This document shows positions 37,199 through 47,564 of a DNA stretch of 58,112 nucleotides, piece by piece. The position numbers and the translations under genes are program-made. How positions within the stretch are numbered: the stretch's first letter is position 1; each line of letters starts with the position of its first letter. Location of the stretch: the sequence record DRR378314_2674. The stretch is one strand, 5' to 3'. The notes below the pieces were generated by a model. That model was given only the letters and a program-made list of their open reading frames with translations, was not told the DNA's origin and did not search any database.

Positions 37199-38401
37199 TT
37201 AAGGCAATTTTGAAAATATTAGTGTGGAACAATTTCCTCCAAACCCCAGTGAATTGGAAAGAACGGTGTTTAATGCTTTGTCTTTTAAGGTGGTCTGTGG
37301 GATAAGGGAAAACTCTTTCATTGGAGTTTTAAAATTCAAATTGGGGTAGATAATGTTGTTTTGAAGCGCTAGAATTGCATACACCGCTTCTATTGCACCT
37401 GCTGCTGCCAAAGTATGTCCTGTATAGGCTTTTGTTGAACTGAATTCTGGCACATCTTCTCCAAAAACACGGATAATAGCCCTTCCTTCGGATAAATCGT
37501 TATTGCCGGTGGCGGTTCCATGGGCATTGATGTAATCTATGTCCTTTGGCTCCAATCCAGCAACGGCAAGTGCTTTTTCCATGGCCAAAGTGGCACCGTC
37601 ACCATTTTCGGAGGAGGCGGTTTGGTGATATGCATCGTTGGCATTGCCGTATCCGACTACATATCCCAGCACTTTTTTCTTTTCCTTTTTTACCAAGGAA
37701 TCTGACTCCAATACTAAATAAGCTGCAGCCTCCCCTAAATTAAGTCCTTTCCTATTTTCGTCAAAAGGTGTATTGTAGGAATCGGACAGGATCATTAAGG
37801 TTTTAAAACCATTAATGGTAAATTTGGATAAACAGTCGGCACCACCCACAATTACCCTATCCAATTTTCCTGTTTTAATTAATCTTGCCCCGAACATTAT
37901 TGCATTTGCGGCAGAAGAACAGGCTGTACTGATGGTCGTGGCCAAGCTTTGGTCAATGCCCAATTGTTCCGCTATTTTTTCTGTTGAGTCCCCGGCATGA
38001 TGGCCTTCAATGTACCTTCTATTGTCCTCACTTTCCAAGTAATCGTAATAAAATTTTTCGGTCATATCCATTCCTCCTACACTGGTGGAAGAAATAAGTC
38101 CGGTCCTGTAGGCTTTTATATTGGTTATTTTGGCATTGGCAATAGCTTCTTTGGCCGCAATGGCTCCCAATAAGGCAGTTCTGGAGTAATTATTGTCGGC
38201 ACTCAATCCCAATTTTGCTTCCAATTCCCCGTTGGTGAATTCAATTTCACCAACCATAATACTGCCTTTGTGCACGGTATCTATTTTGGAAATATGGGAA
38301 ATTCCTGTTCTACCCTCCAAAAGTGAACTGTAATTCTCGGCCACATTGTTTCCAATAGCCGAAATTATACCCATTCCCGTTATAGCTACTCCTGTGGACA
38401 T
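37199..38401 (-). CDS. Beta-ketoacyl-ACP synthase (FabF-like, aryl polyene KS)
   Basis: Cys-His-His triad: TACSS, NAHGT and TGHTL. C-terminal GFGGN. Confidence 0.93.
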   Translation of the reverse strand: MSTGVAITGMGIISAIGNNVAENYSSLLEGRTGISHISKIDTVHKGSIMVGEIEFTNGELEAKLGLSADNNYSRTALLGAIAAKEAIANAKITNIKAYRTGLISSTSVGGMDMTEKFYYDYLESEDNRRYIEGHHAGDSTEKIAEQLGIDQSLATTISTACSSAANAIMFGARLIKTGKLDRVIVGGADCLSKFTINGFKTLMILSDSYNTPFDENRKGLNLGEAAAYLVLESDSLVKKEKKKVLGYVVGYGNANDAYHQTASSENGDGATLAMEKALAVAGLEPKDIDYINAHGTATGNNDLSEGRAIIRVFGEDVPEFSSTKAYTGHTLAAAGAIEAVYAILALQNNIIYPNLNFKTPMKEFSLIPQTTLKDKALNTVLSNSLGFGGNCSTLIFSKLP

Positions 38402-38498
38402 GAATTTTTTATTTTGAAGGATAGATTTCCTTGGATGTGACCAATTTCTTTGTTAGGTATATAAACACCTTGGTTTTCTAGTGTTAAGTGTAACGAAA

Positions 38499-38756
38499 TT
38501 ACTTCGTGCGATGCTCAGCAATATAGTTTGCCATTACTTCGATGGATTCAAATATTTTTTTTCCCTCTTTGGGGTCGGTGAGCTTAATTCCATAATCCTT
38601 GTCCAACATTACTATGAGTTCCAAGGCGTCAATAGAGTCCAGTCCAAGACCATCTCCAAACAAGGGATCGTTATCTGCAATTTCTTCAATTGCAATATCC
38701 TCCAAGTTTAATTGAGTAATAATTTTTTCCTTTAGTTCTTGTTTTAAATCGCTCAT
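38499..38756 (-). CDS. Acyl carrier protein
   Basis: 85 aa, acidic, with the phosphopantetheine site GLDSIDALE. Confidence 0.95.
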   Translation of the reverse strand: MSDLKQELKEKIITQLNLEDIAIEEIADNDPLFGDGLGLDSIDALELIVMLDKDYGIKLTDPKEGKKIFESIEVMANYIAEHRTK

Positions 38757-39376
38757 TTGGTTGTGTACAATTTTATTATTTCTTCTTTGTTGTGTGCAAT
38801 GTTTCCTTCGGTAGAAACTAGGTATAAAAACGCTTCATAGTCCTCTACGTCACAGTTTATCCACCCACACAACACCTCGTCCGCTTTTTCAGATTCAATT
38901 AAACTGCTTGCGTAGTCGTGTAGATATTCTGCATTAAAGTGGTTAAAGATAAAAAAACTATTTTCAGAATATAGCCTATGCTTAATACTTATCTCTCCAA
39001 GGCAAATATTGGGCAAGGTATAAACGAAAACAGCAGGACTCGGAAAATAGTTCTCTTTGTCCGCAATGGACTCTTGGTGCTTTCTGTCCGTTGGTAGGCT
39101 CGAAGCACTATTGGAAAATACCAAAGCAATATTATTGGGCATTTCCGAATCTTGGATTGTTGGTTTAAGTAAAATATCGGAGGCTAAAAACCCAAGTTTA
39201 CTGAGGTCGTCCATTTTAAAAAACTTGGGATAATTGGTATCCATCTTTTTATAGGCCAATTTTATAAAAGTGGTGAAATCGTGCCCTGGGTCTTCATAAA
39301 GCAGCTGATCATTCAACAGTACCTTATTGTTGGATATTCTACAATATTCCTTTATTTTGAGATGTTGGGCCTTCAT
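38753..39376 (-). CDS. Truncated KS-like / chain-length-factor protein
   Basis: Motifs YPKFFKMD.LSKL and PSPAVFVYTLPNI..GEI.I. Covers the KS N-terminal half only. Confidence 0.75.
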   Translation of the reverse strand: MKAQHLKIKEYCRISNNKVLLNDQLLYEDPGHDFTTFIKLAYKKMDTNYPKFFKMDDLSKLGFLASDILLKPTIQDSEMPNNIALVFSNSASSLPTDRKHQESIADKENYFPSPAVFVYTLPNICLGEISIKHRLYSENSFFIFNHFNAEYLHDYASSLIESEKADEVLCGWINCDVEDYEAFLYLVSTEGNIAHNKEEIIKLYTTK

Positions 39377-40521
39377 GATTGAACCTTTTTAAAAACGGCA
39401 GCTGTATTACAACCTCCAAAACCGGAGGCAGTCTTCAAGAAGTAATTTAAATTCTTGACGGTAGTTGCGGTAATTATATTTAGGGGTTGTGATACTCCCA
39501 GCTCGGTAAACCCTTTGGAGGAATATAAGGTATTGTGGTAAAGGGAATGCATGCCAACAATAGTTTCCAAAAGGCCCGATGCCCCTAAGGTATGTCCAAA
39601 ATAACCTTTGAGGCTGTTTAAGGGAACAGCGTCCAGACCTAATCTGTTCAGGGCTATAGCCTCCATTTCATCATTGAAAATGGTTGCAGTACCATGCGCG
39701 GAAATATAATCTATATCTTGAGGGCCTACATTGGCCTCTTTAAAGGCAGAAATAATACTGCGATATAGGCCTTCCCCTGTTCTTGATGGGCCGGAAATAT
39801 GATTGGCGTCGTTACAGGAAGCCTCGCCCAATACCTCCACGGCCTCAGGGGCTAAATTGTTGTCGTCCTTGTTTACCAATACACTGGCGGCCACCTCCCC
39901 TATATTAATCCCTGCTCTTTGCTTGCAATAGGGTTTGCAGGGCAGGGGACTCATGGCCTGGAAGGAATTGAAGCCTGAAAGAATAAAATTGGAAACGATA
40001 TCACCTCCAACTATAAACACTTGATCGAACGTCCCTTGGGAAATGAATCTTTTAGCTATTGAAATGGCCAATATACCGGAAACACAGGCATTGGAAAGCA
40101 CAATAGGTTCTGTGGTAAATCCAAAATAATTTTTGATAATATGGCCTAAAGTACCTAAATAGGCTCTCTCTGTAGGCATAGGATTCTTTGGGTCCAAGGT
40201 GTCAACATTTCCTTTGGTTGTAGACAGAATTAAACCGACCCTATCCGTTAGTTCTACTCCTGACGCTTTAATGATTTTGTCCACGGATAGGATCATCATT
40301 TGCTCCAAGCGGGTATAGTCGCCATTTGGCCGTAATTCCTCAAAGGCCTTTCCTAGATCATCGGAATCTATAACCGAGGCGTAAAACGGGTTGGGGAATA
40401 GGTTTTCGTCTTCAATTAATGTTATCCCCGATAAGCCCTCATGAATATTTTGCACCACCGTAGGACTATCAAAGCCTAAGGAAGATACAATATTGTTATA
40501 TGAGAGATAGGTCTTATTCAT
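39373..40521 (-). CDS. Beta-ketoacyl-ACP synthase family protein
   Basis: Motifs SNACVSG, SAHGTAT, FGHTLGASG and SGFGG.N. Confidence 0.92.
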   Translation of the reverse strand: MNKTYLSYNNIVSSLGFDSPTVVQNIHEGLSGITLIEDENLFPNPFYASVIDSDDLGKAFEELRPNGDYTRLEQMMILSVDKIIKASGVELTDRVGLILSTTKGNVDTLDPKNPMPTERAYLGTLGHIIKNYFGFTTEPIVLSNACVSGILAISIAKRFISQGTFDQVFIVGGDIVSNFILSGFNSFQAMSPLPCKPYCKQRAGINIGEVAASVLVNKDDNNLAPEAVEVLGEASCNDANHISGPSRTGEGLYRSIISAFKEANVGPQDIDYISAHGTATIFNDEMEAIALNRLGLDAVPLNSLKGYFGHTLGASGLLETIVGMHSLYHNTLYSSKGFTELGVSQPLNIITATTVKNLNYFLKTASGFGGCNTAAVFKKVQS

Positions 40522-40951
40522 TCAATAATCCAACTTTTTGTTTCCATTCCGAGAAAAATGCCGGCATGGTCAAGGATAAACCTCCTTCGTCTTCTATAAA
40601 AACCTGTATGGTTTCCCCAGTGCATACCAAATTGTTTTGCGGATCATAAATTTCGTATTTAAATACCATTTTGGCCGCTGGTGAATCTACAAAAATTGTT
40701 TTAATAGTGGCAACATCTCCATAGCGTAATGGAAGTTTATGTTCACAGCTGGATTTAACGATCGGGGTGATGTAGCCGGCCGCTTTGTGATCTAGATAGG
40801 CAATCCCATGGTGTCTACCAAAGGCTTCCCTGCCATCCTCAAAATATTGGATATAATTTCCGTGCCACACAATGCCCAAAGGGTCTGTTTCTGCAAAGCG
40901 AACCCTAATTTCACTGGTAAAGCTAATCTCTGTTTTGTTCTTAGACGGCAT
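40514..40951 (-). CDS. Acyl-CoA/acyl-ACP thioesterase (4HBT/YbgC hot-dog family)
   Basis: Motif VRFAETDPLGIVWHGNY..YFE.GRE. Start placed at MPSKNK (40951); the ORF track starts at 40972. Confidence 0.9.
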   Translation of the reverse strand: MPSKNKTEISFTSEIRVRFAETDPLGIVWHGNYIQYFEDGREAFGRHHGIAYLDHKAAGYITPIVKSSCEHKLPLRYGDVATIKTIFVDSPAAKMVFKYEIYDPQNNLVCTGETIQVFIEDEGGLSLTMPAFFSEWKQKVGLLNE

Positions 40952-42209
40952 TTTTTCTTTCATTATACACAATAGAAATTGCGGTGGTTATTACAAAAAA
41001 TAAAAATAATAAGGTTAGTTCAGGTATAAGGTCCAAAATGCCGGCATCTCTTAAAAAAACATCATAAAAGGCATTTAAGCCCCAATTCATGGGTGATAAA
41101 TTTGATAGAGTCTGCATAAATTTGGGCATTATAAAGACAGGCACCCAAACACCGCCCAATGCCGCCAATATAACCACAAAAGTAGCGCCAAAGGGAGCCG
41201 ATTGTTCCTGTGTCCTTGCCACGGTTCCCAAAAGCAATCCAAGGCCAATGGCCGCAAGTCCTGCAAATAAGGCTACGAGGAACAATAGGGGTATTTTTCC
41301 TGTCACGGCAAGGCTGGGAAGGCCTAAGCTTGGGAATAGATAAACACCTATTCCTAACATTAGCCCAAATTGTATGAGACATACGGCAAGGTATATAACA
41401 GTTTTTCCTCCCAATACCGTTAGATAGGAAACAGGGTTTGTTCTTAGACGGACAAAAGTTCCCTGGCTTTTTTCCTTAACCATATTGATAGACAAGGGAA
41501 CAATGATAAAAAAAATGGCGAACAAGGTCCATGCCGGCACGTTGTGCTGTACCGAATTGGGAATTATTTCATTTTCACCAATACTTGGGGTAATTTCTTT
41601 AAAGCTTATAAAACTTTCGGTATCAAATATCGCTTCGGTTTCATCATCTGTTATTTGCGATTGGAAGGCCTTGTAAATAGTTTGGGTCTCTATTTTAAAG
41701 ATCATCTTGTCTATTCCATTCTTTATGGAGTTTTTGAAGGCCATCTGTGTTGCAGGGTCAAAATAAAGTATGACCTCTTTTTTCTCCAAATCCGCTTTTT
41801 GGGATTGTGGCGTTTCTTCTTCCAAACCAAATTTGGATAGCAAACCTTCTACATTTAGATTCACTTTTTTTTCCAGTTCCGAACTAAGATTTGCCGGGAT
41901 TACTATGGCCAATTGATACTCGCCTTTGAAAACCAGTTCTTTGGCTTCGCTGTCCGATTCTTTCCCAATAATATTAAAGGATTTCGAATCCGCAAGTCCA
42001 TCGTATATATTTTTGGAAACCTCGCCCTTGTCATAGTCCACCCATAGGATGGGAATTTTGTTATCATTGATAGACCTAAAGGTACTATCCTGAATTAAGG
42101 TAATGGTGACCACCAATACCAAAGGCATTACAAATAAGATGGCCAATCCCCCTATATCCCGGGAGAGCAGTAGTAATTCCTTATATGTGGAGGCCCAAAG
42201 TTTATGCAT
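40941..42209 (-). CDS. ABC-2 type transporter permease
   Basis: Motifs KE..LL.RD, EK.QGT..RL..P, ALGG.WVP...MP and SPMNW. About 6 TM helices with a large periplasmic loop. Confidence 0.92.
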   Translation of the reverse strand: MHKLWASTYKELLLLSRDIGGLAILFVMPLVLVVTITLIQDSTFRSINDNKIPILWVDYDKGEVSKNIYDGLADSKSFNIIGKESDSEAKELVFKGEYQLAIVIPANLSSELEKKVNLNVEGLLSKFGLEEETPQSQKADLEKKEVILYFDPATQMAFKNSIKNGIDKMIFKIETQTIYKAFQSQITDDETEAIFDTESFISFKEITPSIGENEIIPNSVQHNVPAWTLFAIFFIIVPLSINMVKEKSQGTFVRLRTNPVSYLTVLGGKTVIYLAVCLIQFGLMLGIGVYLFPSLGLPSLAVTGKIPLLFLVALFAGLAAIGLGLLLGTVARTQEQSAPFGATFVVILAALGGVWVPVFIMPKFMQTLSNLSPMNWGLNAFYDVFLRDAGILDLIPELTLLFLFFVITTAISIVYNERKNAV

Positions 42210-42945
42210 GATCTCTAAGTGCTTTTCCGGTCAAGGTTAAGAAGACGTCTTCTAGATTGTGCGATTCCGGATATTGGGAAATTAGATTTTTAGGGGCTCC
42301 TTCAATAATGATCCGGCCGTGATCAATAATAGCCACTTTTGTACAAAACTGTTCTGCCTCGTTCAAATGATGGGAGGTATAAATAATAGTGGTTCCTTGG
42401 GTGTTTAATTTTTTTAAATTTTCAATAATTACATTTTTGGATTGTACGTCCACACCAACCGTGGGTTCGTCCAAGAACAAAACTTTGGGGTCGTGCAGGA
42501 TGCTGGCAATTAAGTTGACACGCCTTTTCATACCCCCAGAAAAAGTGTCCAATTTTTTGTTGGAAAACTTTTCCAACCCTAAAACTTCCAAATGAAAATA
42601 GATTTTTTCCCTTAATCGCTTCCCTTTTAGGCCATACATGCTGCCCAGGTAATATAAATTTTCATAAGCGGTCAGGGTAGGGTAAAGGGCATATTCCTGT
42701 GGTACTATACCAATTAATTGTTTTAGTTGGTTGGCATTCTTTTGAAAGGTTAGTCCGTTGATGGAAAAGCTGCCAGAGGTAGGTTTTATCAAGGAACTTA
42801 GCATAGAGATCAGTGTTGTTTTACCTGCCCCATTAGGCCCTAAAAGCCCAAAAATTTCCCCATCATCTATTTTTAGATCGAGGTCTACCACCGAATATTC
42901 CGCGTTATTTTTATATTTTTTGGAGAGATGGGATATTTGGATCAT
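42202..42945 (-). CDS. ABC transporter ATP-binding protein
   Basis: Walker A GPNGAGKT, signature FSGGMKRR, Walker B LFLDEP and the H-loop. Confidence 0.96.
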   Translation of the reverse strand: MIQISHLSKKYKNNAEYSVVDLDLKIDDGEIFGLLGPNGAGKTTLISMLSSLIKPTSGSFSINGLTFQKNANQLKQLIGIVPQEYALYPTLTAYENLYYLGSMYGLKGKRLREKIYFHLEVLGLEKFSNKKLDTFSGGMKRRVNLIASILHDPKVLFLDEPTVGVDVQSKNVIIENLKKLNTQGTTIIYTSHHLNEAEQFCTKVAIIDHGRIIIEGAPKNLISQYPESHNLEDVFLTLTGKALRDHA

Positions 42946-42953
42946 GGGCTACC

Positions 42954-43955
42954 TTATATTGCCTTTTTCAGTTTTTTAAAAAAAACTTCCTCTTTATTGG
43001 CTATATCTTCTAGAAGGGTGGCCACATGATCATATTGATCAACGGCAACGGTATTGCTCCTGTTTTTATATATGCGTGATGCCTCCACTGCAAAATCGCG
43101 CCATTGGTCACCGATCAAGGTCATTTCATTGGAAAGCTCCAAAAGCTGACTGTTGGTCAATAATTTTCCCGCTTCTTGTAAAAATGCGGCATAAATATAT
43201 CGGAAACCACCGCCTCCGGTACCTATTTCTTCTTGCATACGTACAATTTGCCCTAAATAATGATTGGCAATTTTAATGCCTTTGGCCTTTGGCCATTTAC
43301 GAATAAGTTTGGCAATTTTTCGTATTCCCTTTACCCCAACTACCGGGACGGGCGCCAACATATCTCTACAGGTGTGCTTTATACCTTTTATAATGGCTTT
43401 TTCCAGTTGTAGCTGTTCCGGGAAAGAGGTAGGATAATAAATATGTCCTTTTGGGGCAAAGGCGCCTTTGGCAAACCTTACTTTTTCCAGTTCTTTTTCG
43501 GTAAGTGAGGTAACGGTTTCCATTACGGGGTCACTTATTAAATAAATACCATCTTTTTTACCATAGACTACCATATTGTGGGCGTTGAAATGGAAGCGAT
43601 ATTCATCGGGAAAGTAGGGTAGGTTGTAAACACCTACCTGAAGACCTACCGGATTATTTTTTTGCAGGTTTTCGTCCAATCTGGCCTTGGCGGTTTGGGT
43701 ATTTCGAAATTTTTCACGCTTTATTTTAATTCCGACCCGTTTGGCGAATCGGGTAAAGATAATACCTGGCATTGCCCTATAGGACACAACGGGTGCATGA
43801 TTAACTTTTAAAAAAGGGATATAGGTAAACAAGAGCCCAGAGCCTATTCCAAAAACCATAGGTTCACTTACCGTAAACCCATTGTAAGTCATTAAGTTGG
43901 CTACTACACCGTTCTCGCAGTGTGCAGCTTGCTTATGTTTAAAATCTATTTCCAT
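42954..43955 (-). CDS. BtrH N-terminal domain protein (papain-like Cys/His acyltransferase or peptidase)
   Basis: Motifs AAHCE.G, SEPMVFGIGSGL, HFNAH..VVYG, ISDP and EEIGTGGGGFR..YA.FL.EA. Confidence 0.82.
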   Translation of the reverse strand: MEIDFKHKQAAHCENGVVANLMTYNGFTVSEPMVFGIGSGLLFTYIPFLKVNHAPVVSYRAMPGIIFTRFAKRVGIKIKREKFRNTQTAKARLDENLQKNNPVGLQVGVYNLPYFPDEYRFHFNAHNMVVYGKKDGIYLISDPVMETVTSLTEKELEKVRFAKGAFAPKGHIYYPTSFPEQLQLEKAIIKGIKHTCRDMLAPVPVVGVKGIRKIAKLIRKWPKAKGIKIANHYLGQIVRMQEEIGTGGGGFRYIYAAFLQEAGKLLTNSQLLELSNEMTLIGDQWRDFAVEASRIYKNRSNTVAVDQYDHVATLLEDIANKEEVFFKKLKKAI

Positions 43956-43958
43956 AGT

Positions 43959-44360
43959 TTAGAGATCGGTACGCTGTAGCTCTTCGATAGTAATATCGAA
44001 GACGTCTGCATATTTTTGTAATGTTTTGTTATTTAGGTTTTTAAATACGGCAGGTCTAAAATGTCTTTTAACCCTCCACTTCCATATCCCCACGTAGCTC
44101 GCAAGGATGGGGAGATCCATTTTGTGGAGTTCCATATAGTATTCCAAGGGGCTCACCTTGTGGTCCTTTACCCTTTGTTTTGAAGCTGAAATACGCTCGT
44201 TTAAAGCCTCTATAGCATTGTTCAGGGCAATGGTCTTGGGGCTCCATCCGGTACTTAATTCTGTTGTGTATTCCCCGTTTTCGTCAACGGCATAACAAAG
44301 TTCTTTGAAATTGGCTGACTCAAGATTGCTTTTGTCCTGTGGTACTTCATTCTTTTTCAT
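43959..44360 (-). CDS. Hypothetical protein with a possible C-terminal XRE-like HTH
   Basis: Motif YAVDENG.Y.....GW and C-terminus MDL..LASYVG.....V....L..YADVF.I.IEEL. Start placed at MKKNE (44360); the ORF track starts at 44372. Confidence 0.7.
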   Translation of the reverse strand: MKKNEVPQDKSNLESANFKELCYAVDENGEYTTELSTGWSPKTIALNNAIEALNERISASKQRVKDHKVSPLEYYMELHKMDLPILASYVGIWKWRVKRHFRPAVFKNLNNKTLQKYADVFDITIEELQRTDL

Positions 44361-44444
44361 GCCTAAGGTCATTATAATTTACAGGCCAAGGTTGTTGGCC
44401 CATAAAGTTATTAATACAATTTCATATTCGATCCGCAGAGGTAA

Positions 44445-44900
44445 CTAAACTTCCTGTATCAGAAAATTTAATATGCAATCTGCCACTAATTCCTTTGCTG
44501 TATATATTTTGCATTCCATAGTACATATGCTAAAATTTCCCGAACTGTAATTGGATAGGAGTTTGGCCTTGGTAGTTAAGGTGTCTCCTGTTCTGGGCAA
44601 TAAAAAAATGTTTGCCCTTTTAATACCGCTAATAAAACCAATTACACTATTACCTTCCCCCTCAAGATCATCAGCCGCAAAGAAATCTTGCCCAACAATT
44701 GCGGAACAGGATTGGGCGGCATTTTCTATAATCCCTGATTCGGTAAATTTATTGTCCTTTACAAAGATACAATCTTCGGTTACTTTAAATTCGGTAGTCA
44801 CCGTTTCCTTGTTAAGATCAATTATTTTTGTAACCATGAGCATTGGCGCTCTATGGGGCAAAAACTTGTGTATGTTTATATGTGAACGCGCTGTATTCAA
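44445..44900 (-). CDS. Hot-dog fold dehydratase-like protein (FabZ/ApeP-like)
   Basis: Motifs LPHRAPMLMV, GIIENAAQ and GFI..IK. TTG start. Confidence 0.82.
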   Translation of the reverse strand: MNTARSHINIHKFLPHRAPMLMVTKIIDLNKETVTTEFKVTEDCIFVKDNKFTESGIIENAAQSCSAIVGQDFFAADDLEGEGNSVIGFISGIKRANIFLLPRTGDTLTTKAKLLSNYSSGNFSICTMECKIYTAKELVADCILNFLIQEV

Positions 44901-44904
44901 TTAG

Positions 44905-45342
44905 TTAGTTTGCCAATACGGTTTTCATTTCGCTATTTGCCACAATTCTGTCATTGCAGGTTACTTGAATCTTAACCAGGGTAACACCCAAGATCTCATG
45001 TAGAATTGTTACGGTTGTTATTAGTTCTTGACCTTCAGTAGGCAACTCTACTATTTCGGCCAATTTAATGGCCCCAATATAACCCGTAGGGGCAGGCTCA
45101 TTTTTTAAGAAATATTGGTACCCCGTGTGAAGAGCCACAGATTGTGCCATATGTTCAATTAGTCCGGCAGCCATAAATTTATTATTGTAAACAAACAGGT
45201 TGGTCGTCGGTGGGGTAAAACCGGTAATCACCTTTTCTTCGGAAAAGTGAATCAACTTGTCTACCATTACAAAAGGCGCCTTTTGGGGAATCAGATCTTC
45301 TATAAGCCCTTTGTCGTCTATTGTTTGCTTTAATAAATTCAT
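44905..45342 (-). CDS. Hot-dog fold dehydratase-like protein (ApeP-like)
   Basis: Motifs LIPQKAPFVMVD, GLIEHMAQ and GYIGAIK. Tandem paralogue of the neighbouring gene. Confidence 0.82.
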   Translation of the reverse strand: MNLLKQTIDDKGLIEDLIPQKAPFVMVDKLIHFSEEKVITGFTPPTTNLFVYNNKFMAAGLIEHMAQSVALHTGYQYFLKNEPAPTGYIGAIKLAEIVELPTEGQELITTVTILHEILGVTLVKIQVTCNDRIVANSEMKTVLAN

Positions 45343-46473
45343 TTAACAGACCGTTAGGTATGCATAGGAGTACGAAAACCTAGCACTTTCCGGTACGTGC
45401 AACAATATTTTATCTCCCTTTTTTAATTCTCCTGAACTTACCAATTCTTCAAGCATAACAAAAATTGAAGCAGCACCTACGTTGCCCACCTTGCTCAAAT
45501 TCATAAACCATTTCTCCCAAGGTATTTCCACTCCCTGTCGTTTTAATTCCTCGTATAAATTTTCCTTAAAATAATAGGAAGAAATATGCGGTAAATAATA
45601 GTCAAAATCATCGGTGGTGATATGGTGCTTTTCCATAGCCATTTTTAGACTGTCCACTCCTTTGCCCAATATGTTTTCTCCTAAGAGTTTAACATCTTGT
45701 TTCATGGCAAAAAGTGATTTGTTGGCCCAGTCTTCGGCCGGATATTCGCTCCATGGTTTTAAATGGCCATTTTCCAATTTATCTGCACCGGCATACATAC
45801 ACGTTTCCATTTCAAAGGCATAGGAATATCCTTCCATCCATTCAATTTTCAAAGCAGTGCCTTTGGGTTCGCTTTCCAGTAAAACAGCTCCTGAACCATC
45901 GGAAAGCATCCAGCGTAAAAATTCCTTGTTAAAGGCCAATATAGGATTTTCTTCCAGCTCCTTAAGATGTTCTACCTCATTTTCAAAAATATCGGACTTC
46001 ATCCAGGTCGAGGTTCTTTCCGAACCCGTACATACCGCATTATTTACTTGTCCTGCCTTTATGGCCAAAAAACCATATTTTAAGGCATTCATTCCTGAAC
46101 AGCAGGCCCCTGATGGGGAATTAACCTCTAAATTTCCGTTTTTTAGAAAGCCGTGAACCATAGAAGCGTGAGAGGGCAATATTTGGTCCGGACTACTGGT
46201 GCCACAGGAAAGAAGTTCTATATCCTTGGTCGTAAAAGTATCATCACATAAAAGCTCTATGGCCTCCTTGGTTAGTTGGGCGTTGTTATGGGTAATGTTT
46301 CCATTAGCATCTATGGCGTAATATCTCGTCTTAATTTGATTGTTCCGAAGGACTATACGTCTAGCCTTAGAATTCTTACCATTGATAATGCCCAATTTTT
46401 CTTCCATTTGTTCATTGTCAATGGGTTCATTAGGTAAGAACTTGGCAATCCTGGTAATATAAACGTCTTTCAT
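45343..46473 (-). CDS. darB: Dialkylresorcinol ketosynthase DarB (FabH/KAS III-like)
   Basis: Cys-His-Asn triad: GACCSG, LPHISS and VGNVGAAS. Also FLRWMLSDG and VPESARF. Coupled to darA by a TAATG overlap. Confidence 0.9.
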   Translation of the reverse strand: MKDVYITRIAKFLPNEPIDNEQMEEKLGIINGKNSKARRIVLRNNQIKTRYYAIDANGNITHNNAQLTKEAIELLCDDTFTTKDIELLSCGTSSPDQILPSHASMVHGFLKNGNLEVNSPSGACCSGMNALKYGFLAIKAGQVNNAVCTGSERTSTWMKSDIFENEVEHLKELEENPILAFNKEFLRWMLSDGSGAVLLESEPKGTALKIEWMEGYSYAFEMETCMYAGADKLENGHLKPWSEYPAEDWANKSLFAMKQDVKLLGENILGKGVDSLKMAMEKHHITTDDFDYYLPHISSYYFKENLYEELKRQGVEIPWEKWFMNLSKVGNVGAASIFVMLEELVSSGELKKGDKILLHVPESARFSYSYAYLTVC

Positions 46474-47399
46474 TAACTGTTCTTTAATCTAACGGATGAA
46501 TAGTATGCTTTATCCCTTTTAATTTTATTGTACCGGGGTATGTAAGTCGCCAAAAATACAATAAAAACTATTGGAGCTATAGCCCAAATTGCAAATAACA
46601 AATAATATTTGAACAAAACCAGTAATTTTTTTCGTTTCGGATTACCTGTAGGTCCTTTCTTTATTATAAGGTTGGCCCATTTCGTAAACAAAACATTACC
46701 TCTAATGTCTGTCTGTATAAGTAAGGGTTTTACTTTAACGGCATCCAATTTTAATAACTCATCCTGTAGATTGTCGTAAGCATTGTTTAATAGGGCATTC
46801 CGTATAGGCGTTCCAAATTTTTCCGAAGCTTTTATATCCTCGTCGGAAACCCCCGGTTTTGGAAAAATACCGAGGTATTTGGTTTTTTTTCCGCCTAGCA
46901 TCCAATGCACTATGGTTATTACGCTTATGTGATTTATGTGACGGTCAACTAAAGCTATATTACCCACTAAATGGGCATTACAGGAAACTAGAAGGCGTTT
47001 CATTTTTTCCTGTGCCATTAGCCACATGTTTCTACAGGCAATTACTGTAACTACGGGTGTCTGGTCGAGTAATTTCTTGGCAACATCAGATTTAAGGAAA
47101 GAATTAATGGGTATGGAGGGGGTTAAATACCAGACCTGATAACCTAGAATTATGAGATCGTATTTCCTTTCAAGGATATGGGCCTTTGGTGCCTTTAACT
47201 CACATGGTATCTGTAGGAAGGATTCAGGAAACGCATCATAAAAATCATCCTGTTTCCATGGAAATTGGTAATCATTTTTGGGACTTATCCTATAATATGT
47301 GATGTTTACGTTCTCCCCGTCTATGGAAGTCGCTAAATTTTGAACAATATCCAACAATTGCCCGGATTGGGAGTAATAAATTATAAGAACTTCTTTCAT
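46473..47399 (-). CDS. darA: Dialkylresorcinol condensing enzyme/aromatase DarA
   Basis: Flavodoxin-like YYSQSGQL, plus F..FPE, YQVWYL.PS.P and ACRNMW..AQE. Directly upstream of darB. Confidence 0.9.
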   Translation of the reverse strand: MKEVLIIYYSQSGQLLDIVQNLATSIDGENVNITYYRISPKNDYQFPWKQDDFYDAFPESFLQIPCELKAPKAHILERKYDLIILGYQVWYLTPSIPINSFLKSDVAKKLLDQTPVVTVIACRNMWLMAQEKMKRLLVSCNAHLVGNIALVDRHINHISVITIVHWMLGGKKTKYLGIFPKPGVSDEDIKASEKFGTPIRNALLNNAYDNLQDELLKLDAVKVKPLLIQTDIRGNVLFTKWANLIIKKGPTGNPKRKKLLVLFKYYLLFAIWAIAPIVFIVFLATYIPRYNKIKRDKAYYSSVRLKNS

Positions 47400-47488
47400 G
47401 GGTAAGCTATTAATCTTCTTTATAATACCGCCAAGATTGCCATTATATTAATACCTAAATGGTCTTTCCTATGACTTTTAATAGAGTT

Positions 47489-47496
47489 CAAATTTA
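47489..47496 (-). promoter_or_regulatory. Putative -7 element (TAAATTTG) upstream of darA
   Basis: Exact TAnnTTTG match in the 165-nt gap upstream of darA. Confidence 0.45.
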
Positions 47497-47564
47497 ATTT
47501 TAATTTTCAGATCAGAGCCGGATTTGGAAAATGTAACCAAAACTTAGTGTTATCCTAACCGAAC

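Noticed and set aside
36056-39376. Cys-less or truncated KS genes (36056-37120, 38753-39376) as pseudogenes
   Set aside because: Both frames are intact and each follows an active KS, consistent with chain-length-factor partners.
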